Positions 55,030-64,000 of a stretch of DNA of 64,000 nucleotides are shown here, in pieces. The stretch comes from Auanema rhodensis (Eukaryota > Animalia > Nematoda), in assembly GCA_964057225.1 (NCBI GenBank), contig OZ059900.1, forward strand, positions 16,554,001 to 16,618,000, given 5' to 3'. Every line of letters begins with the position of its first letter. Position 1 is the first letter of the stretch. The position numbers and the translations under genes are program-made. The notes under the pieces were generated by a model that had not been told where the DNA came from, ran no database searches, and saw only the letters and a program-made list of their open reading frames with translations.

Positions 55030-57330
55030 AGAAAAATACAAAAACACAGTATTTCCCATGAGAAATATTTTATTATGCTGGAAAACCAGTTTTTGGAAAT
55101 TTCGCTGTAAACAAGGTTTTGACTTACGATTTCATGTGTTCAAACTCATGCAATGTCAATGAAACCTAGCTCAAAATTGTTCGTACAACGTCTAGTTCCA
55201 CTTTCACGACAAAAAAACAGGGGTTAGAAAATTAAGGAAATTAGCATATTCTGAGGGCACGCCCCTTATGGCTAATATTGATTAAATCGATTTTTGTTCA
55301 TATGAGTCGTCAAATGCAACGAATTGCAGCGTGTTACATACTAATATGAAGCATTTTACATGCTGAACACTAGAAAAATACAAAAACACAGTATTTCCCA
55401 TGAGAAATATTTTATTATGCTGGAAAACCAGTTTTTGGAAATTTCGCTGTAAACAAGGTTTTGACTTACGATTTCATGTGTTCAAACTCATGCAATGTCA
55501 ATGAAACCTAGCTCAAAATTGTTCGTACAACGTCTAGTTCCACTTTCTCGACAAAAAAACAGGGGTTAGAAAATTAAGGAAATTAGCATATTCTGAGGGC
55601 ACGCCCCTTATGGCTAATATTGATTAAATCGATTTTTGTTCATATGAGTCGTCAAATGCAACGAATTTCAGCGTGTTACATACTAAAATGAAGCATTTTA
55701 CATGCTGAACACTAGAAAAATACAAAAACACAGTATTTCCCATGAGAAATATTTTATCATGCTGGAAAACCAGTTTTTGGAAATTTCGCTGTAAACAAGG
55801 TTTTGACTTACGATATCATGTGTTCAAACTCGTGCAATGTCAATGAAACCTAGCTCAAAATTGTTCGTACAACGTCTAGTTCCACTTTCACGACAAAAAA
55901 ACAGGGGTTAGAAAATTAAGGAAATTAGCATATTCTGAGGGCACGCCCCTTATGGCTAATATTGATTAAATCGATTTTTGTTCATATGAGTCGTCAAATG
56001 CAACGAATTTCAGCGTGTTACATACTAAAATGAAGCATTTTACATGCTGAACACTAGAAAAATACAAAAACACAGTATTTCCCATGAGAAATATTTTATC
56101 ATGCTGGAAAACCAGTTTTTGGAAATTTCGCTGTAAACAAGGTTTTGACTTACGATATCATGTGTTCAAACTCGTGCAATGTCAATGAAACCTAGCTCAA
56201 AATTGTTCGTACAACGTCTAGTTCCACTTTCACGACAAAAAAACAGGGGTTAGAAAATTAAGGAAATTAGCATATTCTGAGGGCACGCCCCTTATGGCTA
56301 ATATTGATTAAATCGATTTTTGTTCATATGAGTCGTCAAATGCAACGAATTGCAGCGTGTTACATACTAATATGAAGCATTTTACATGCTGAACACTAGA
56401 AAAATACAAAAACACAGTATTTCCCATGAGAAATATTTTATTATGCTGGAAAACCAGTTTTTGGAAATTTCGCTGTAAACAAGGTTTTGACTTACGATTT
56501 CATGTGTTCAAACTCATGCAATGTCAATGAAACCTAGCTCAAAATTGTTCGTACAACGTCTAGTTCCACTTTCTCGACAAAAAAACAGGGGTTAGAAAAT
56601 TAAGGAAATTAGCATATTCTGAGGGCACGCCCCTTATGGCTAATATTGATTAAATCGATTTTTGTTCATATGAGTCGTCAAATGCAACGAATTTCAGCGT
56701 GTTACATACTAAAATGAAGCATTTTACATGCTGAACACTAGAAAAATACAAAAACACAGTATTTCCCATGAGAAATATTTTATCATGCTGGAAAACCAGT
56801 TTTTGGAAATTTCGCTGTAAACAAGGTTTTGACTTACGATATCATGTGTTCAAACTCGTGCAATGTCAATGAAACCTAGCTCAAAATTGTTCGTACAACG
56901 TCTAGTTCCACTTTCACGACAAAAAAACAGGGGTTAGAAAATTAAGGAAATTAGCATATTCTGAGGGCACGCCCCTTATGGCTAATATTGATTAAATCGA
57001 TTTTTGTTCATATGAGTCGTCAAATGCAACGAATTTCAGCGTGTTACATACTAAAATGAAGCATTTTACATGCTGAACACTAGAAAAATACAAAAACACA
57101 GTATTTCCCATGAGAAATATTTTATCATGCTGGAAAACCAGTTTTTGGAAATTTCGCTGTAAACAAGGTTTTGACTTACGATATCATGTGTTCAAACTCG
57201 TGCAATGTCAATGAAACCTAGCTCAAAATTGTTCGTACAACGTCTAGTTCCACTTTCACGACAAAAAAACAGGGGTTAGAAAATTAAGGAAATTAGCATA
57301 TTCTGAGGGCACGCCCCTTATGGCTAATAT
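55030..57330 (-). repeat. SatA 3-monomer (1026-bp) tandem duplication; ends approximate
   Basis: GAATTGCAGC...CTAATATG at 55321/56347; CACTTTCTCG at 55541/56567. Confidence 0.88.
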
Positions 57331-60300
57331 TGATTAAATCGATTTTTGTTCATATGAGTCGTCAAATGCAACGAATTTCAGCGTGTTACATACTAAAATG
57401 AAGCATTTTACATGCTGAACACTAGAAAAATACAAAAACACAGTATTTCCCATGAGAAATATTTTATCATGCTGGAAAACCAGTTTTTGGAAATTTCGCT
57501 GTAAACAAGGTTTTGACTTACGATTTCATGTGTTCAAACTCATGCAATGTCAATGAAACCTAGCTCAAAATTGTTTGTACAACGTCTAGTTCCACTTTCA
57601 CGACAAAAAAACAGGGGTTAGAAAATTAAGGAAATTAGCATATTCTGAGGGCACGCCCCTTATGGCTAATATTGATTAAATCGATTTTTGTTCATATGAG
57701 TCGTCAAATGCAACGAATTTCAGCGTGTTACAAACTAAAATGAAGCATTTTACATGCTGAACACTAGAAAAATACAAAAACACAGTGTTTCCCATGAGAA
57801 ATATTTTATTATGCTGGAAAACCAGTTTTTGGAAATTTCGCTGTAAACAAGGTTTTGACTTACGATTTCATGTGTTCAAACTCATGCAATGTCAATGAAA
57901 CCTAGCTCAAAATTGTTCGTACAACGTCTAGTTCCACTTTCACGACAAAAAAACAGGGGTTAGAAAATTAAGGAAATTAGCATATTCTGAGGGCACGCCC
58001 CTTATGACTAATATTGATTAAATCGATTTTTGTTCATATGAGTCGTCAAATGCAACGAATTTCAGCGTGTTACATACTAAAATGAAGCATTTTACATGCT
58101 GAACACTAGAAAAATACAAAAACACAGTATTCCCCATGAGAAATATTTTATTATGCTGGAAAACCAGTTTTTGGAAATTTCGCTGTAAACAAGGTTTTGA
58201 CTTACGATTTCATGTGTTCAAACTCATGCAATGTCAATGAAACCTAGCTCAAAATTGTTCGTACAACGTCTAGTTCCACTTTCACGACAAAAAAACAGGG
58301 GTTAGAAAATTAAGGAAATTAGCATATTCTGAGGGCACGCCCCTTATGGCTAATATTGATTAAATCGATTTTTGTTCATATGAGTCGTCAAATGCAACGA
58401 ATTTCAGCGTGTTACATACTAAAATGAAGCATTTTACATGCTGAACACTAGAAAAATACAAAAACACAGTATTTCCCATGAGAAATATTTTATTATGCTG
58501 GAAAACCAGTTTTTGGAAATTTCGCTGTAAACAAGGTTTTGACTTACGATTTCATGTGTTCAAACTCATGCAATGTCAATGAAACCTAGCTCAAAATTGT
58601 TCGTACAACGTCTAGTTCCACTTTCACGACAAAAAAACAGGGGTTAGAAAATTAAGGAAATTAGCATATTCTGAGGGCACGCCCCTTATGGCTAATATTG
58701 ATTAAATCGATTTTTGTTCATATGAGTCGTCAAATGCAACGAATTTCAGCGTGTTACATACTAAAATGAAGCATTTTACATGCTGAACACTAGAAAAATA
58801 CAAAAACACAGTATTTCAAATGAGAAATATTTTATTATGCTGGAAAACCAGTTTTTGGAAAGTTCGCTGTAAACAAGGTTTTGACTTACGATTTCATGTG
58901 TTCAAACTCATGCAATGTCAATGAAACCTAGCTCAAAATTGTTCGTACAACGTCTAGTTCCACTTTCACGACAAAAAAACAGGTGTTAGAAAATTAAGGA
59001 AATTAGCATATTCTGAGGGCACGCCCCTTATGGCTAATATTGATTAAATCGATTTTTGTTCATATGAGTCGTCAAATGCAACGAATTTCAGCGTGTTACA
59101 AACTAAAATGAAGCATTTTACATGCTGAACACTAGAAAAATACAAAAACACAGTATTCCCCATGAGAAATATTTTATTATGCTGGAAAACCAGTTTTTGG
59201 AAATTTCGCTGTAAACAAGGTTTTGACTTACGATTTCATGTGTTCAAACTCATGCAATGTCAATGAAACCTAGCTCAAAATTGTTCGTACAACGTCTAGT
59301 TCCACTTTCACGACAAAAAAACAGGGGTTAGAAAATTAAGGAAATTAGCATATTCTGAGGGCACGCCCCTTATGGCTAATATTGATTAAATCGATTTTTG
59401 TTCATATGAGTCGTCAAATGCAACGAATTTCAGCGTGTTACATACTAAAATGAAGCATTTTACATGCTGAACACTAGAAAAATACAAAAACACAGTATTT
59501 CCCATGAGAAATATTTTATTATGCTGGAAAACCAGTTTTTGGAAATTTCGCTGTAAACAAGGTTTTGACTTACGATTTCATGTGTTCAAACTCATGCAAT
59601 GTCAATGAAACCTAGCTCAAAATTGTTCGTACAACGTCTAGTTCCACTTTCACGACAAAAAAACAGGGGTTAGAAAATTAAGGAAATTAGCATATTCTGA
59701 GGGCACGCCCCTTATGGCTAATATTGATTAAATCGATTTTTGTTCATATGAGTCGTCAAATGCAACGAATTTCAGCGTGTTACATACTAAAATGAAGCAT
59801 TTTACATGCTGAACACTAGAAAAATACAAAAACACAGTATTTCCCATGAGAAATATTTTATCATGCTGGAAAACCAGTTTTTGGAAATTTCGCTGTAAAC
59901 AAGGTTTTGACTTACGATATCATGTGTTCAAACTCGTGCAATGTCAATGAAACCTAGCTCAAAATTGTTCGTACAACGTCTAGTTCCACTTTCACGACAA
60001 AAAAACAGGGGTTAGAAAATTAAGGAAATTAGCATATTCTGAGGGCACGCCCCTTATGGCTAATATTGATTAAATCGATTTTTGTTCATATGAGTCGTCA
60101 AATGCAACGAATTTCAGCGTGTTACATACTAAAATGAAGCATTTTACATGCTGAACACTAGAAAAATACAAAAACACAGTATTTCCCATGAGAAATATTT
60201 TATCATGCTGGAAAACCAGTTTTTGGAAATTTCGCTGTAAACAAGGTTTTGACTTACGATTTCATGTGTTCAAACTCATGCAATGTCAATGAAACCTAGC

Positions 60301-62570
60301 TCAAAATTGTTTGTACAACGTCTAGTTCCACTTTCACGACAAAAAAACAGGGGTTAGAAAATTAAGGAAATTAGCATATTCTGAGGGCACGCCCCTTATG
60401 GCTAATATTGATTAAATCGATTTTTGTTCATATGAGTCGTCAAATGCAACGAATTTCAGCGTGTTACAAACTAAAATGAAGCATTTTACATGCTGAACAC
60501 TAGAAAAATACAAAAACACAGTGTTTCCCATGAGAAATATTTTATTATGCTGGAAAACCAGTTTTTGGAAATTTCGCTGTAAACAAGGTTTTGACTTACG
60601 ATTTCATGTGTTCAAACTCATGCAATGTCAATGAAACCTAGCTCAAAATTGTTCGTACAACGTCTAGTTCCACTTTCACGACAAAAAAACAGGGGTTAGA
60701 AAATTAAGGAAATTAGCATATTCTGAGGGCACGCCCCTTATGACTAATATTGATTAAATCGATTTTTGTTCATATGAGTCGTCAAATGCAACGAATTTCA
60801 GCGTGTTACATACTAAAATGAAGCATTTTACATGCTGAACACTAGAAAAATACAAAAACACAGTATTCCCCATGAGAAATATTTTATTATGCTGGAAAAC
60901 CAGTTTTTGGAAATTTCGCTGTAAACAAGGTTTTGACTTACGATTTCATGTGTTCAAACTCATGCAATGTCAATGAAACCTAGCTCAAAATTGTTCGTAC
61001 AACGTCTAGTTCCACTTTCACGACAAAAAAACAGGGGTTAGAAAATTAAGGAAATTAGCATATTCTGAGGGCACGCCCCTTATGGCTAATATTGATTAAA
61101 TCGATTTTTGTTCATATGAGTCGTCAAATGCAACGAATTTCAGCGTGTTACATACTAAAATGAAGCATTTTACATGCTGAACACTAGAAAAATACAAAAA
61201 CACAGTATTTCCCATGAGAAATATTTTATTATGCTGGAAAACCAGTTTTTGGAAATTTCGCTGTAAACAAGGTTTTGACTTACGATTTCATGTGTTCAAA
61301 CTCATGCAATGTCAATGAAACCTAGCTCAAAATTGTTCGTACAACGTCTAGTTCCACTTTCACGACAAAAAAACAGGGGTTAGAAAATTAAGGAAATTAG
61401 CATATTCTGAGGGCACGCCCCTTATGGCTAATATTGATTAAATCGATTTTTGTTCATATGAGTCGTCAAATGCAACGAATTTCAGCGTGTTACATACTAA
61501 AATGAAGCATTTTACATGCTGAACACTAGAAAAATACAAAAACACAGTATTTCAAATGAGAAATATTTTATTATGCTGGAAAACCAGTTTTTGGAAAGTT
61601 CGCTGTAAACAAGGTTTTGACTTACGATTTCATGTGTTCAAACTCATGCAATGTCAATGAAACCTAGCTCAAAATTGTTCGTACAACGTCTAGTTCCACT
61701 TTCACGACAAAAAAACAGGTGTTAGAAAATTAAGGAAATTAGCATATTCTGAGGGCACGCCCCTTATGGCTAATATTGATTAAATCGATTTTTGTTCATA
61801 TGAGTCGTCAAATGCAACGAATTTCAGCGTGTTACAAACTAAAATGAAGCATTTTACATGCTGAACACTAGAAAAATACAAAAACACAGTATTCCCCATG
61901 AGAAATATTTTATTATGCTGGAAAACCAGTTTTTGGAAATTTCGCTGTAAACAAGGTTTTGACTTACGATTTCATGTGTTCAAACTCATGCAATGTCAAT
62001 GAAACCTAGCTCAAAATTGTTCGTACAACGTCTAGTTCCACTTTCACGACAAAAAAACAGGGGTTAGAAAATTAAGGAAATTAGCATATTCTGAGGGCAC
62101 GCCCCTTATGGCTAATATTGATTAAATCGATTTTTGTTCATATGAGTCGTCAAATGCAACGAATTTCAGCGTGTTACATACTAAAATGAAGCATTTTACA
62201 TGCTGAACACTAGAAAAATACAAAAACACAGTATTTCCCATGAGAAATATTTTATTATGCTGGAAAACCAGTTTTTGGAAATTTCGCTGTAAACAAGGTT
62301 TTGACTTACGATTTCATGTGTTCAAACTCATGCAATGTCAATGAAACCTAGCTCAAAATTGTTCGTACAACGTCTAGTTCCACTTTCACGACAAAAAAAC
62401 AGGGGTTAGAAAATTAAGGAAATTAGCATATTCTGAGGGCACGCCCCTTATGGCTAATATTGATTAAATCGATTTTTGTTCATATGAGTCGTCAAATGCA
62501 ACGAATTTCAGCGTGTTACATACTAAAATGAAGCATTTTACATGCTGAACACTAGAAAAATACAAAAACA
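56900..62570 (-). repeat. SatA 8-monomer (2736-bp) tandem duplication; ends approximate
   Basis: CACAGTGTTT 57781/60517, CTTATGACTA 58001/60737, GTATTTCAAA 58811/61547, TTTATCATG 57121/59857; all offsets are 2736 (8x342). Confidence 0.9.
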
Positions 62571-64000
62571 CAGTATTTCAAATGAGAAATATTTTATTAT
62601 GCTGGAAAACCAGTTTTTGGAAATTTCGCTGTAAACAAGGTTTTGACTTACGATTTCATGTGTTCAAACTCATGCAATGTCAATGAAACCTAGCTCAAAA
62701 TTGTTCGTACAACGTCTAGTTCCACTTTCACGACAAAAAAACAGGGGTTAGAAAATTAAGGAAATTAGCATATTCTGAGGGCACGCCCGTTATGGCTAAT
62801 ATTGATTAAATCGATTTTTGTTCATATGAGTCGTCAAATGCAACGAATTTCAGCGTGTTACAAACTAAAATGAAGCATTTTACATGCTGAACACTAGAAA
62901 AATACAAAAACACAGTGTTTCCCATGAGAAATATTTTATTATGCTGGAAAACCAGTTTTTGGAAATTTCGCTGTAAACAAGGTTTTGACTTACGATTTCA
63001 TGTGTTCAAACTCATGCAATGTCAATGAAACCTAGCTCAAAATTGTTCGTACAACGTCTAGTTCCACTTTCACGACAAAAAAACAGGGGTTAGAAAATTA
63101 AGGAAATTAGCATATTCTGAGGGCACGCCCCTCATGGCTAATATTGATTAAATCGATTTTTGTTCATATGAGTCGTCAAATGCAACGAATTTCAGCGTGT
63201 TACATACTAAAATGAAGCATTTTACATGCTGAACACTAGAAAAATACAAAAACACAGTATTTCCCATGAGAAATATTTTATTATGCTGGAAAACCAGTTT
63301 TTGGAAATTTCGCTGTAAACAAGGTTTTGACTTACGATTTCATGTGTTCAAACTCATGCAATGTCAATGAAACCTAGCTCAAAATTGTTCGTACAACGTC
63401 TAGTTCCACTTTCACGACAAAAAAACAGGGGTTAGAAAATTAAGGAAATTAGCATATTCTGAGGGCACGCCCCTTATGGCTAATATTGATTAAATCGATT
63501 TTTGTTCATATGAGTCGTCAAATGCAACGAATTTCAGCGTGTTACATACTAAAATGAAGCATTTTACATGCTGAACACTAGAAAAATACAAAAACACAGT
63601 ATTCCCCATGAGAAATATTTTATTATGCTGGAAAACCAGTTTTTGGAAATTTCGCTGTAAACAAGGTTTTGACTTACGATTTCATGTGTTCAAACTCATG
63701 CAATGTCAATGAAACCTAGCTCAAAATTGTTCGTACAACGTCTAGTTCCACTTTCACGACAAAAAAACAGGGGTTAGAAAATTAAGGAAATTAGCATATT
63801 CTGAGGGCACGCCCCTTATGGCTAATATTGATTAAATCGATTTTTGTTCATATGAGTCGTCAAATGCAACGAATTTCAGCGTGTTACATACTAAAATGAA
63901 GCATTTTACATGCTGAACACTAGAAAAATACAAAAACACAGTATTTCCCATGAGAAATATTTTATTATGCTGGAAAACCAGTTTTTGGAAATTTCGCTGT

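Larger units (their letters stand above)
52408..64000 (-). repeat. Satellite array SatA, 342-bp monomer, inverted orientation, about 34 copies (open at the right window edge)
   Basis: The sequence is the reverse complement of the left array, e.g. GCAACGAATTTCAG and CTGAGGGCACGCCCCTTATGG. Period 342 bp. Confidence 0.98.

Noticed and set aside
1-64000. Giant foldback or TIR transposon with SatA arms as terminal inverted repeats
   Set aside because: No transposase or element ends are visible. The arms break at different phases, carry different variant sets and run off both window edges.
1-64000. Assignment to a named satellite family or species, or to a 5S/tRNA/snRNA gene array or rDNA spacer
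   Set aside because: I do not recognise either monomer and see no RNA-gene motifs. Monomer length alone is not diagnostic; a database search is required.

Overview
The whole window is non-coding, AT-rich satellite DNA of the eukaryotic heterochromatin or (peri)centromere type. I find no credible protein-coding gene, RNA gene, transposon or CRISPR array, and no gene-based system I can support. There are three blocks. (1) 1-8876 is a head-to-tail array of a 342-bp monomer (SatA, about 26 copies). (2) 8873-52395 is a 43.5-kb array of a different 232-bp monomer (SatB, about 188 copies, with 225/231/233/240-bp variants and one 166-bp variant). (3) 52408-64000 is SatA again in inverted orientation (about 34 copies). 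The SatB island sits exactly at a SatA strand switch, forming a large dyad. The left junction is a 4-bp microhomology join and the right junction has a 12-bp filler that looks templated. Diagnostic variants reveal nested multi-monomer duplications (SatA: 3762, 2736 and 1026 bp; SatB: 9935/11553, 3937, 1618, 1147, 471 and 457 bp). All ORFs in the track are repeat or junction artefacts. I do not recognise the species or the satellite families; the names SatA and SatB are mine.
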